Positions 12,541-22,182 of a DNA stretch of 32,519 bases are shown here, one piece after another. Numbering within the stretch: the stretch's first letter is position 1; each line of letters begins with the position of its first letter. The translations under genes and the position numbers were made by a program. This DNA is from an uncultured Gammaproteobacteria bacterium (GTDB lineage Bacteria; Patescibacteriota; Microgenomatia; Daviesbacterales; UBA10151). Under the pieces are notes generated by a model. It saw nothing but the letters and a program-made list of their open reading frames with translations. It had not been told where the DNA came from and made no database searches. Location of the stretch: NCBI GenBank assembly GCA_964441115.1, contig CAYTXH010000003.1:17885-50403 (forward strand), given 5' to 3'.

Positions 12541-15180
12541 CTATTCCTCAATTTCAGCAGCAGCTTTAGCTGGAGTTGATTCTTGATTCTTACTAGAGAC
12601 TACAGTTGCTGCAGCAACTTCTTCAGCTGCTTTGACTCTCATCAAGATCACTCCTTGTGTCTGCCGTTGCAGAGATGGAACGTCTTTTAATAATAACTTA
12701 ATTAACTGTCCCTTGGTAGAAGTTAATACCAAAGTATCATCATCTGGACCAATCATTTGAGCTGTAACGATCTTGCCAGTCTTGCTGGTGACTTGAGCGG
12801 CTTTGATACCAGATCCTCCTCGGCTTTGTCGTTTCCAAGCAATAATCTTAGTTTTCTTACCTAAACCATTTTGCATGATTACAAACAGTTCTTGCTCAGG
12901 ATCATTAACCAAATTCATCGAAACGATCTCATCTTGTTTGGTCAATAAGATACCCCGAACACCTGAAGTATCACGGTGAGTTGGTCGAACTTGAGATTCA
13001 CTAAAGCGAATTGATTGACCTTCCCGGGTTACCAGAATAATGTCATCTTGCCCTGTTGTTGGAACTACCCATGACAAAATATCACCTTGGTCAAGCTTAA
13101 TGGAGATTAATCCATTTTTTCGGATGTTAGCGTATTCCTCAATTGGAGTCTTTTTGACACTGCCCTGTTTTGTTCCCATGAATAAGAACTTAGTAGTGTC
13201 TTTAGCTCTAGTAGTTAAGATTGCGGTGACTTTTTCACCCTGATCAATGTTGATCAAGTTGACGATCGCTTGGCCTCGAGCAATTCGTGAAGCTTCTGGA
13301 ATCTCCCAAACTTTAATCTGGAATACACGACCTCGATCAGTAAAGAACAAGATATTGTCATGAGTTTGACTGTAGAAGATGTGAGCCACTGCATCTTCTT
13401 CTTTAGTTGTCATTCCTGAGACACCTTTACCACCTCGATTTTGAGTTTTAAAAGTACTTGGTTGTTGTCGTTTGATGTAACCGTTCTCTGTAACTGCCAC
13501 GATCGTTGTCTCATCAGCCACTAAATCTTCTTCGGAGAATTCACCGACTTTAGATTTGTAAACTCTGGTTCTTCGTGGATCTGCATATCGTTCCTTAATT
13601 CGAGTAATTTCATCTTTAATAACTGCTAAGATCTTGGCTGGGTGTGCTAATAAGTCTTCAAGATAAGCGATTAATTCGCGAATCATCTTCAATTCGTCTT
13701 CAATCTTTTGTCGCTCCAAAGCGGCTAATCGTCGTAACTGCATATCCAAAATCGCAGTGGCCTGTAACTCACTCAATTTAAATTTAGACATCAAATTAGC
13801 TTTTGCTTCATCGGAATCCTTACTTGAGCGGATGATTCGGATCACTTCATCAATATTATCGACTGCAATTTTCAAACCTTCCAAAATATGTTCTCTGGCT
13901 CGAGCTTCAGCTAATTCGAATTCTGTTCGGCGACGAATAACAACAATTCGGTGATTAACGAACTCTTCCAAAATTCTCTTCAAAGTCATCAAATGAGGTA
14001 CACCATCTGACAAAGCCACCATATTTACATTAAATACTGATTGCAAAGCAGTATGTTTGTATAAGTTATTTAAGACAGATTGGCCTTTAGCATCACGCTT
14101 TAACTCGATAACAATTCGCATACCTTTTCGGTCAGATTCATCTCTTAAATCAGCAATTCCTTCGATCTTCTTATCCTTAACTAAATCAGCAATTCGGCTA
14201 ATCAAAGTCGCTTTATTTACCTGATAAGGCAATTCTGTAACGATAATGTCATATCTTCCGCCTCGAGCTTCTTCGATTTCAGCTTTAGCTCGCATCACGA
14301 TTCGACCCTTACCGGTAGCATAAGCAGCTAAAATTTCTGATTGATCATAAATTGAAGCTCCAGTTGGAAAATCTGGACCTTTGATAAATTTAACTAAGTC
14401 ATCAACTGTCGCTGATGATTTAAATTCTGCATCGCTATTTGATTGTTCAACTGGAGTCGCTAATTGCTCTAAAATTTCTCGACCATCTGTAGCGGTAACT
14501 TCGGGAACTGCTTCTTCAGTTGTTTCTTTAGCTGCTTTTTTATCAGTGTCGGATTCCTTAGTTTGATGCTCAATTAAATGAATCAAAGCATCCGTAACTT
14601 CACCTAAATTGTGAGGTGGAATCTGAGTAGCCATACCTACAGCAATACCAGATGCACCGTTTAACAACAGATTTGGAATAACTGCTGGTAATAAAGTAGG
14701 TTCAGTAGTGGTTTGTGAGTAATTATCAACGAAATTAACAGTATCTTTATTAATATCTCTTAATAACTCATCAGCCATCGCTGACATTCTCGCCTCGGTG
14801 TAACGCATCGCCGCTGGACTATCACCGTCCACTGATCCGAAATTACCCTGACCATCAACCAATGGATAACGCATTGAGAAGTCTTGAGCCATACGAACCA
14901 TTGCTTCATATACTGGTGAATCACCGTGAGGATGATAGCTTTTAAGCACTTCTCCAACTACAGCTGCACTTTTTTGATATCGAGAAGTGTGATGCAAATT
15001 CTGTTCTTGCATCGCGAAGATAATTCTTCGTTGTACAGGTTTTAATCCATCACGGACGGCTGGCAAAGCTCGAGATACGATAACTGACATCGCATAATCG
15101 AGGTATGATCGTTGCATCTCTTCAACGATTGAAGTGGTTTCAATTTTACCGATATTGTTAACAGGTTTAGTATTATCCAT
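12541..15180 (-). CDS. gyrA: DNA gyrase subunit A
   Basis: 879 aa. Motifs: [33 protein letters not shown], active-site [24 protein letters not shown], and C-terminal beta-pinwheel repeats. Carries a hydrophilic insertion of about 50 aa (see findings). Confidence 0.97.
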   Translation of the reverse strand: MDNTKPVNNIGKIETTSIVEEMQRSYLDYAMSVIVSRALPAVRDGLKPVQRRIIFAMQEQNLHHTSRYQKSAAVVGEVLKSYHPHGDSPVYEAMVRMAQDFSMRYPLVDGQGNFGSVDGDSPAAMRYTEARMSAMADELLRDINKDTVNFVDNYSQTTTEPTLLPAVIPNLLLNGASGIAVGMATQIPPHNLGEVTDALIHLIEHQTKESDTDKKAAKETTEEAVPEVTATDGREILEQLATPVEQSNSDAEFKSSATVDDLVKFIKGPDFPTGASIYDQSEILAAYATGKGRIVMRAKAEIEEARGGRYDIIVTELPYQVNKATLISRIADLVKDKKIEGIADLRDESDRKGMRIVIELKRDAKGQSVLNNLYKHTALQSVFNVNMVALSDGVPHLMTLKRILEEFVNHRIVVIRRRTEFELAEARAREHILEGLKIAVDNIDEVIRIIRSSKDSDEAKANLMSKFKLSELQATAILDMQLRRLAALERQKIEDELKMIRELIAYLEDLLAHPAKILAVIKDEITRIKERYADPRRTRVYKSKVGEFSEEDLVADETTIVAVTENGYIKRQQPSTFKTQNRGGKGVSGMTTKEEDAVAHIFYSQTHDNILFFTDRGRVFQIKVWEIPEASRIARGQAIVNLINIDQGEKVTAILTTRAKDTTKFLFMGTKQGSVKKTPIEEYANIRKNGLISIKLDQGDILSWVVPTTGQDDIILVTREGQSIRFSESQVRPTHRDTSGVRGILLTKQDEIVSMNLVNDPEQELFVIMQNGLGKKTKIIAWKRQSRGGSGIKAAQVTSKTGKIVTAQMIGPDDDTLVLTSTKGQLIKLLLKDVPSLQRQTQGVILMRVKAAEEVAAATVVSSKNQESTPAKAAAEIEE

Positions 15181-15447
15181 CTATAAGGCTTAAGAAGTAC
15201 TCTAAAACGCCTTGATCATTATGCCATCCTCGTTGTGGTTTAGCAAGCCTAAAGTATTAAATTAAATGACACAAATGTTTAAGTATTTCAGGATCAGGCA
15301 GTTTTACGAGTGATTTTCCTTCAATAAGATTTATATGTTGCTGACTATTATCACCTAGGAGTTAAATCATATTTGCTGATTATTATTAATAATAGCGTAA
15401 TACTTTGATCTTAAAATAAAGTTATTTTTGATGATTATTAGCTGCCA

Positions 15448-17664
15448 TTATTTAATCCTGCGGAATTTTTTCTTTAATGCCGGTTGTAGCTCTTCTACTC
15501 CAGGTAAAGATTGAAGTAATCGAATATTTCTAGGAGATTTTAATTTATTTAAAGCTTGGACTTCTATTTGTCGTACCCTTTCTCTAGATATATTTAATTT
15601 TTCGGATACTTCTAGCAAAGTTTTACTATTCCCATCATCTAATCCGAAACGATAAATAATCACATCTTTCTCCCTATCGCTAAACTCTGAACTATTTAAA
15701 ATCGACATGATTACTGATCTCTGTTGATATTGTGAAGCTTCCTCAACTGCCTCGTCACTTACATTATCAGTCGTTGAACCGACTAAATCACCGATTGTAG
15801 AATCTCCATCTTCTCCAATTGGCTGATCTAAAGACATTGGTTTAAAACGATTAGCATTAACTTTCATTAATAACTCGAAATCTTCGCGAGTATATTCGCC
15901 TGTTTTAATAAGTTCTTGTGCCATTTGCTCTTGGGATAATTCATGCATATTATTACCAATAGTTTTAAAAAGGTATCGACGCATCGAAAAGATCTTTTGA
16001 TGTATATGTACGGGGAATCTAATTGTATCTGCTGTATCCGCTATTGCCCGCTTAATAGCTTGTCTAATCCACCAAGTTGCATATGTCGAAAATTTATTTC
16101 CTCTCTCAGGATCAAATTTTAATATAGCTCGAGCAAGCCCCATATTTCCCTCTTGAATTAAATCAGCAAATTCAACTCCTCTCCAGCGAAATCTTTTGGC
16201 TTCAGCAATAACTAATCTCAAATTAGCTTTAACCAAATCTTCGATGGCTGAAGTTCCATCTTCAAAAAGATGTTTAGTTAATTTTAATTCTTCCGCGGAG
16301 AGAAAATGATAAAAAGACTCGTCGAGTTTCAATTTATATGGGTCATCCATTTGTTTCATAAATTCCAATCCCATTTCAAAGGGCATTTTTTCTGAATGTT
16401 TTCTTAATTTCTTTCGGTGTTCCACTGCTAATTGAACTCGTCCACCAAGTACTTTTTCCTGTTCAGCGTCAATCAGAGGAAAATTCCTTATATCTGCAAA
16501 ATATGATTCGACGACATCTACGCTGTAAGTTAATTCCGCTTCATTATTTTTTTCCTTTTGCTTGGGTTTAGCTTTCGACCTTCTTATATCCATTAACTCT
16601 AAAGTTTGTTTTAAATGCTCTGATGTAAAAATCTGTTCATCATCAGGATTCCAGTTTGAAGTTTGATCAATTATGACGTGATCTTCCTCTTCTTCTATCT
16701 CCACTAACTCTTTTTGCCGTCGACTCTTCTTAGTTTTCTCTACAAATATTTTAGGTACATCATCGTCTATAATCTCCTCATCACCATCTGAATTTATATT
16801 TTCTTCTAGTTCAATACTTTCGATTTCTGTTTCATCATGAATAACCGGAATTTCCTCTATAGGTTGATCTTGTTTATCCTCAACATCTTTTCGATTTCTA
16901 GGTGTGTATTTTCTTTTAACCCGCGATGATTGTAATGTTTCTTCTTGAGTGCTTTGACCGTTAACCGCTGGTTCAACAATCATTGGGAGAAGATCTGCTT
17001 TTTTAGCAATATCACTAAAATCGACATCGATTTTTTCAGTCGGATTGATAATAGTATCTGCTGCTACTCCACTAATGTAATCGTTAACATTTGGCAAATC
17101 TAACTGATAACCATTAATCACCATCTCCCTGAAATCACGCTCAATCTGCTGCATATTTAGGATTGATTGATTAGAATTTTGATCAAACGTAATCCCTAAT
17201 TGGGTCATTAATGTGTCAATCATTGGCTGTAAATATTTGGTTCGGTAAATTCGCTCAAGAGCTGCAGTTCTTTGTCGATCTCTCCAGTCACCAAAGCCTT
17301 GAGACAATATCAATTGATTGATTCCTCGAAAACTCTCAGCGGAAGGCATTATTCTCGGATCTTTAAAACTATTCTCTGCTAACCATTTACTTGCACTTTG
17401 ATACTTATCCGCCATCTCATCGATATCCGATTTATCTCTAAATCCAGAGAAGGTTTTAGCAATTAATTTCTGATGGCGAGCTAGGCGGCGGTAAATAGTT
17501 CCCTCAGGTCGTACTCCCCAAGCCTGAAGTCTAGCGGTATGTTCAATAACAGTTTGAGCTACTGGATAAAGTAAACCATCTACAGATAATTGTCGAAGCG
17601 GCGTGTCAGATTGAGGGGCGAATTGTTCATGATGCTGATCTTTCTCAATATGATACAAAGTCAT
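15448..17664 (-). CDS. rpoD: Primary-type sigma-70 factor with an N-terminal extension of about 440 aa
   Basis: The C-terminal third has canonical regions 2-4: DLIQEGNMGLARAILKFDPERGNKFSTYATWWIRQAIKRAIAD, TIRFPVHI, and TLLEVSEKLNISRERVRQIEVQALNKLK. The N-terminal portion matches nothing I recognise. Confidence 0.8.
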   Translation of the reverse strand: MTLYHIEKDQHHEQFAPQSDTPLRQLSVDGLLYPVAQTVIEHTARLQAWGVRPEGTIYRRLARHQKLIAKTFSGFRDKSDIDEMADKYQSASKWLAENSFKDPRIMPSAESFRGINQLILSQGFGDWRDRQRTAALERIYRTKYLQPMIDTLMTQLGITFDQNSNQSILNMQQIERDFREMVINGYQLDLPNVNDYISGVAADTIINPTEKIDVDFSDIAKKADLLPMIVEPAVNGQSTQEETLQSSRVKRKYTPRNRKDVEDKQDQPIEEIPVIHDETEIESIELEENINSDGDEEIIDDDVPKIFVEKTKKSRRQKELVEIEEEEDHVIIDQTSNWNPDDEQIFTSEHLKQTLELMDIRRSKAKPKQKEKNNEAELTYSVDVVESYFADIRNFPLIDAEQEKVLGGRVQLAVEHRKKLRKHSEKMPFEMGLEFMKQMDDPYKLKLDESFYHFLSAEELKLTKHLFEDGTSAIEDLVKANLRLVIAEAKRFRWRGVEFADLIQEGNMGLARAILKFDPERGNKFSTYATWWIRQAIKRAIADTADTIRFPVHIHQKIFSMRRYLFKTIGNNMHELSQEQMAQELIKTGEYTREDFELLMKVNANRFKPMSLDQPIGEDGDSTIGDLVGSTTDNVSDEAVEEASQYQQRSVIMSILNSSEFSDREKDVIIYRFGLDDGNSKTLLEVSEKLNISRERVRQIEVQALNKLKSPRNIRLLQSLPGVEELQPALKKKFRRIK

Positions 17665-17693
17665 TTAAGCGTTATTTAGTTTTTATCACTATA

Positions 17694-19061
17694 TCATGTA
17701 AATAGCTTTGCTAGCTGCTCACTATTAATATCATAAAACATCATCAATATTTCTTGATATTGATCATTATTATCTAAAGTTTTTAATGCTTCTTCTGGTT
17801 GAGATTGAAAATGTTCAAGATACGCAGATACTTCGGCTTTGACTTTTTTTAAACTTTCTGGAGTTACTGGAACCATCCATAAATGGTCTTTCTGAATCAT
17901 CTTAAATACTTTTTTCGTATCTTCATCTAACTGAACTCCGAATATCCCTTGAGTATTTGGTTGTGATAAGACTGATGATGCTAAAACTGCCCAATGCGCT
18001 GGAGTCAAAATTCCCAAATTCCCTTTAACCTTTTCCTGATTGGGTACTGGTTCAGTAAAATTTTGTGCAGGGATTACAGTTTCAACAGCAGGTACCTCAA
18101 CTTGTAACTCTGGTTGTTTCACTTCAACTTTAGCTAATTTATCTTGATCCTCAGTAATACCTAAAACAAATCTTCTAAAAGTATTTTCTCCCTCAGATCT
18201 CTGTAAAATATTAATTAAATTTTCCCGAGATAAATCCTTATAAGCAGGTTGTTTTCCGATCCAATTGAACCATTCTTGGAAATATTGAATATGTTCTTTT
18301 ATTGGCTGATTCGGGCTAATATCCACAGGTAATCTATCGATAATAATTTTTATTACTGCATTTTCTAAATTCCAACGGTTTGTTGATAGTCTAGCTGGAG
18401 AGCTATCGGCTTCCAATAAATCTGCATATACAAATTTTGCTGCATCAAGTGTTGTCGGATAAAGAAAATTGTCACCACTTTCATTAATTTGAAGTAATGC
18501 ATAAGCTCCTGTTTCTTGACGTCCGTTTTTTAAATCTCTCTTAGAACGTTTCTCGACCTGAGGTTTTACCTGTTCAGTTTTTAAGTCTGATTCATCCAAT
18601 AATTCTTCTTTATTTTTAACAATTGAGGGTAAAATATTTTCTTTGGGCTCGCGTTTAGCCTTTGGAGTCTCTCTCACTAAAGATACTGTCGGTTGAATTT
18701 TTACTTCCTCAATTGTTTTTTCAGTTAAGATCTTAATTCTCTTAGGAGTTTCTCTGACTAAACTAACTTTTGCTGTTGGAGTTGCTGCATCGACTATAGC
18801 TAATCGATTTTGAATAGCTGGAGAAAGTTCTCGTAAAAATCTGAGTCGACCAATTCCCTGAGTTGCTTGAGCTTGTAACTGCTCTGCGCTCTCTAATTTA
18901 TCTCCCCGAACCGCAGCCGCTGCTTGCTCTAACATAACGGCAATATTTTCACGCTCTTCTTTATCAAGTTGAGTGAAGACTAAATTTAATTTTTTATCGG
19001 TTTCGTGAGCCATGAATTTTGGCAGTGAAGGATTTATACTCGAAGCATAATTGCTTGTCAA
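17694..19061 (-). CDS. Hypothetical soluble protein (455 aa) encoded between two sigma-factor genes
   Basis: Long ORF with tight spacing (7 nt after the upstream sigma gene, 29 nt before rpoD). No TM helix and no recognised motif. VSLVRETPK appears twice (residues about 99-107 and 125-133). Confidence 0.6.
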   Translation of the reverse strand: MTSNYASSINPSLPKFMAHETDKKLNLVFTQLDKEERENIAVMLEQAAAAVRGDKLESAEQLQAQATQGIGRLRFLRELSPAIQNRLAIVDAATPTAKVSLVRETPKRIKILTEKTIEEVKIQPTVSLVRETPKAKREPKENILPSIVKNKEELLDESDLKTEQVKPQVEKRSKRDLKNGRQETGAYALLQINESGDNFLYPTTLDAAKFVYADLLEADSSPARLSTNRWNLENAVIKIIIDRLPVDISPNQPIKEHIQYFQEWFNWIGKQPAYKDLSRENLINILQRSEGENTFRRFVLGITEDQDKLAKVEVKQPELQVEVPAVETVIPAQNFTEPVPNQEKVKGNLGILTPAHWAVLASSVLSQPNTQGIFGVQLDEDTKKVFKMIQKDHLWMVPVTPESLKKVKAEVSAYLEHFQSQPEEALKTLDNNDQYQEILMMFYDINSEQLAKLFT

Positions 19062-19068
19062 TAATTTT

Positions 19069-20040
19069 TTAATCGCTAGCTAAGAACCTGCGCATTTTTC
19101 TTATTGCCTCATCTTTAATTTGATGAGTTCTTTGGCGAGTGTATCCCATTTCTGATGCAATATCACTAAAGGGTACAGGTTTAACTCCATTTAACCCAAA
19201 ATGTTTAGTAATAACCTTTATTTCGTTTTCATCTAATAGTGTAATTAGATCAGCAATTAATACATTTTCAATGGCTGTCTCTTCAGTATGATTATCTCCC
19301 AAATTCGGATCTTTTATAGTATGACCGAAGGGAATATTAAAATTATTCCTTAGGATGACTTTATCTAAGGATCTTAACGGTCTTCTAAAAAATGCTTCAA
19401 TTTCAAAATCTTTATAACCCTCTTTCTCAAAAATGACTCTTAATTCATCATCCTTCTTACTTCCATCTATAGTAATAACTTGGTCAACCCTATGTCGCAT
19501 TTGGCGGACACTTCGATCAACTTCAGCTGTCAATTGTATTCCTTGAGATTGCCTAACTACAGCATGTTGCATCAAAGCATCTATCCATCTCCATGCATAA
19601 GTCGAAAACTGGTAGTTTCTTGAGGGGTCAAATTTCTCGACAGCTCGCATTAATCCAATAGTGCCTTCTTGTTCTAGGTCATCTCGATCTATACCACGGT
19701 TTAATAATAATTTAGCTCGTGATTTGACTAATGGAAAGTTGCTAACTGTCATTAATTCTGATCCACGCTCCGCAACTTCTTGTATTAAATCTAACTGATC
19801 AGCATTAACAGAAGGTTTAGGTTTTTCAGCTACCTTTTTCGCTTGTCTGCCAGCCATTATTAGCTGCCATATATAAGCAGCTTCATTACGTGGCAATCTT
19901 CTAATAGAATCGGGTTCAATTATGGAGTATTGATTAATTGCTGTCTCTAATCTATATCTTTCAGTTTTTAGTTGATCGGTTGACAGATTCATCCAATCTA
20001 TTCCAACTGGTAGACCTTCATTTCTAGTCTCTAAAATCAT
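19069..20040 (-). CDS. Divergent sigma-70 family factor (323 aa)
   Basis: Region 2: DLEQEGTIGLMRAVEKFDPSRNYQFSTYAWRWIDALMQHAV. Region 4 HTH: FSDIASEMGYTRQRTHQIKDEAIRKMRR. Its DNA-recognition residues deviate from the primary sigma consensus. Confidence 0.8.
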   Translation of the reverse strand: MILETRNEGLPVGIDWMNLSTDQLKTERYRLETAINQYSIIEPDSIRRLPRNEAAYIWQLIMAGRQAKKVAEKPKPSVNADQLDLIQEVAERGSELMTVSNFPLVKSRAKLLLNRGIDRDDLEQEGTIGLMRAVEKFDPSRNYQFSTYAWRWIDALMQHAVVRQSQGIQLTAEVDRSVRQMRHRVDQVITIDGSKKDDELRVIFEKEGYKDFEIEAFFRRPLRSLDKVILRNNFNIPFGHTIKDPNLGDNHTEETAIENVLIADLITLLDENEIKVITKHFGLNGVKPVPFSDIASEMGYTRQRTHQIKDEAIRKMRRFLASD

Positions 20041-20112
20041 TCGGCGATTTTACTAAATTTAAAGCTATTTTTCCAGTCAACCTTAATCAAGCTTTTTTAG
20101 TATAATTAACAC

Positions 20113-21291
20113 ATGTCAAAAATAACTCTTGGATTATTTTTTGGTGGACGGTCGACTGAACACGAAGTTTCAGTCATTACTGCACTTCAAGCTTACGAGC
20201 ATTTAGACAAATCTAAATATAATGTTGTTGCAGTTTACGTTGCTAAAAACGGCCAATTTTATACTGGGGAACAATTCTTAGATCTTAAAAATTATCGGAA
20301 TTTAGATAATCTGCTACTCAGCAACCCGCAAGTTACTCTCGAAAAACGCCAAAACAAAGCTGGCTTAGTTCAAACTAAAGTCTTCCCTAAATTCACTACT
20401 TTAGATATCGCCATGCCTCTATTTCATGGTTCGTTTGGTGAAGATGGTGCGATTCAAGGCGCCTTTGAAACTTTTGGTCTCCCCTACACTGGACTCAACG
20501 TAATGGGTGCAGCAGTTGCGATGGATAAAGTCATTTCTAAATCTCTTTTCACAAGTCTAGATTTGCCTGTTGCTAAGTCAAGTGTTATTCGTCGATTAGA
20601 TTGGTGGGAAGATCCAAAAAAGTGTTTAGCACTCGTGAAAAAAGAGTTAAAGTACCCAGTTTTCATAAAACCTGCTGATATCGGTTCAACTATTGGTATT
20701 AATAAAGCTAATAACGATGACGAACTCCAATTTAACATCGAAGTAGCCGCAGTTTATTCAGATAAAATATTAATCGAGGAAGCTTTCCAAAATTGCATTG
20801 AAGTAAATTGTGCTGCTTTGGGTTATCATCTAGTTACGCCGTCTGTCTGCGAAATGCCAATCAGTACTGGCGAATCTTTAAGCTTTGATGATAAATATCT
20901 TCGTGGTGGAAAAGGTTCTAAAGGTGCTGGTATGGCCTCATTAACTCGTCAAATTCCAGCGCCAATTAGCGACAAATTATCAAAACAAATTCAGGAAGCG
21001 ACAGTCAAAGTTTTTCAAGCTTTAGAAGGTTGCGGTGTAGCCCGAATTGATTATTTTGTCGATCCTAAAACTGAAAAATTCTGGATTAACGAGGTCAATT
21101 CTCCCCCAGGCTCTTTAGCCTTTTATTTATACCAACCATTAGGAATTTCTTATAGCCAATTACTTGATCGATTAGTCTCAGATGGTTTACAAAGAGCTGA
21201 AGATCAGAAGAAAACTCAATTCTCTTTTGACACTCCTCTGCTTCAACAAATGGCTGTAAAAGGTCTTCACGGCGGGTCTAAGAATAAGTAG
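20113..21291 (+). CDS. ddl: D-alanine--D-alanine ligase
   Basis: N-terminus ITLGLFFGGRSTEHEVSVITA; ATP-grasp core (PVFIKPADIGSTIGINKA, ARIDYFVD, WINEVNSPPG). TATAAT at 20101-20106 lies 6 nt before the ATG. Confidence 0.9.
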   Translation: MSKITLGLFFGGRSTEHEVSVITALQAYEHLDKSKYNVVAVYVAKNGQFYTGEQFLDLKNYRNLDNLLLSNPQVTLEKRQNKAGLVQTKVFPKFTTLDIAMPLFHGSFGEDGAIQGAFETFGLPYTGLNVMGAAVAMDKVISKSLFTSLDLPVAKSSVIRRLDWWEDPKKCLALVKKELKYPVFIKPADIGSTIGINKANNDDELQFNIEVAAVYSDKILIEEAFQNCIEVNCAALGYHLVTPSVCEMPISTGESLSFDDKYLRGGKGSKGAGMASLTRQIPAPISDKLSKQIQEATVKVFQALEGCGVARIDYFVDPKTEKFWINEVNSPPGSLAFYLYQPLGISYSQLLDRLVSDGLQRAEDQKKTQFSFDTPLLQQMAVKGLHGGSKNK

Positions 21292-21294
21292 TTT

Positions 21295-21323
21295 TTGATA
21301 TTATAGGATATTCATTATATAAT
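21295..21323 (+). promoter_or_regulatory. Promoter candidate TTGATA-N17-TATAAT, ending 6 nt before ATG 21330
   Basis: TTGATA at 21295-21300 and TATAAT at 21318-21323. No Shine-Dalgarno sequence. Confidence 0.45.
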
Positions 21324-21329
21324 TCGCCC

Positions 21330-22178
21330 ATGGCTAATACTATGGAGGCGATTAATCGCTTTGTTGATAAAATTGAGAAGCGAGATTTACCAATCGATTC
21401 TCAAGATGGACATGAATTTGCTTATGCTTTAGTTGAAAGCGGATTTTCAGCCAAAAAATTAAGAGTTTTAGCCGAAGAGCTCAATTTTATCCCACGAGAT
21501 ATTATTGACGATCAACTATATCTTCACTCTAAATCATTAAGAAGCGTTTTGAACGACCAGCCTTACGGCATTATTCGCTATCCTGCAGAAGGCAGTGCAG
21601 TTTGGATATATGAACAATTAATTAGCTATGGTCTACCGCATGCTGCGTCCGTCGTGTCTTTAGATCGAATAAATTCCGAAATTACGGGGATGTTGAGTCT
21701 GTATCAAGAACGAGTTGAAGACTTAGCGAATATATATGGAATAAGATCGTTTTGTGTGATGGATGACTTTGGGTATTCAGGTAAACATATTCGTAAAATG
21801 GTAGCTATGACTCCAAGCCAAATAAAATTAAATGCGGTCTTTGTTGGTCTCTCTAAAGCGGCAAAAGCAATCCTTAAACCTCACACTAAAAATATATTCT
21901 CAAATTTAACAATACCTTCGACATCTCATTTAAAAGTTGTGGCAACTAATAATTTAGAATGCCAAGTTTTCGGTGTTGATCGCAGAAACAGTGTATATAA
22001 TTCGGGGTTTAATTATTTAACCTGGTCCGAAATAAAAGTTCCAGATAATATGCCAAGAATTTTAACCGGTAAAACCACAGATTATCTAGATAATGATCGA
22101 AAACCGATAACTTTTCCACCTTTAATACGCGAAGAAAGATTTAAACCACCTTACAGACTGGAGTTGCCATTAAGATAA
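21330..22178 (+). CDS. Hypothetical protein (282 aa) with a phosphoribosyltransferase-like acidic loop motif
   Basis: Clean ORF between ddl and murF. The only motif I can point to is SFCVMDDFGYSGKHI, which resembles the PRPP-binding loop of type I PRTases (hydrophobic run, DD, then S/T-G). This is weak evidence. Confidence 0.5.
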   Translation: MANTMEAINRFVDKIEKRDLPIDSQDGHEFAYALVESGFSAKKLRVLAEELNFIPRDIIDDQLYLHSKSLRSVLNDQPYGIIRYPAEGSAVWIYEQLISYGLPHAASVVSLDRINSEITGMLSLYQERVEDLANIYGIRSFCVMDDFGYSGKHIRKMVAMTPSQIKLNAVFVGLSKAAKAILKPHTKNIFSNLTIPSTSHLKVVATNNLECQVFGVDRRNSVYNSGFNYLTWSEIKVPDNMPRILTGKTTDYLDNDRKPITFPPLIREERFKPPYRLELPLR

Positions 22179-22182
22179 TAGT

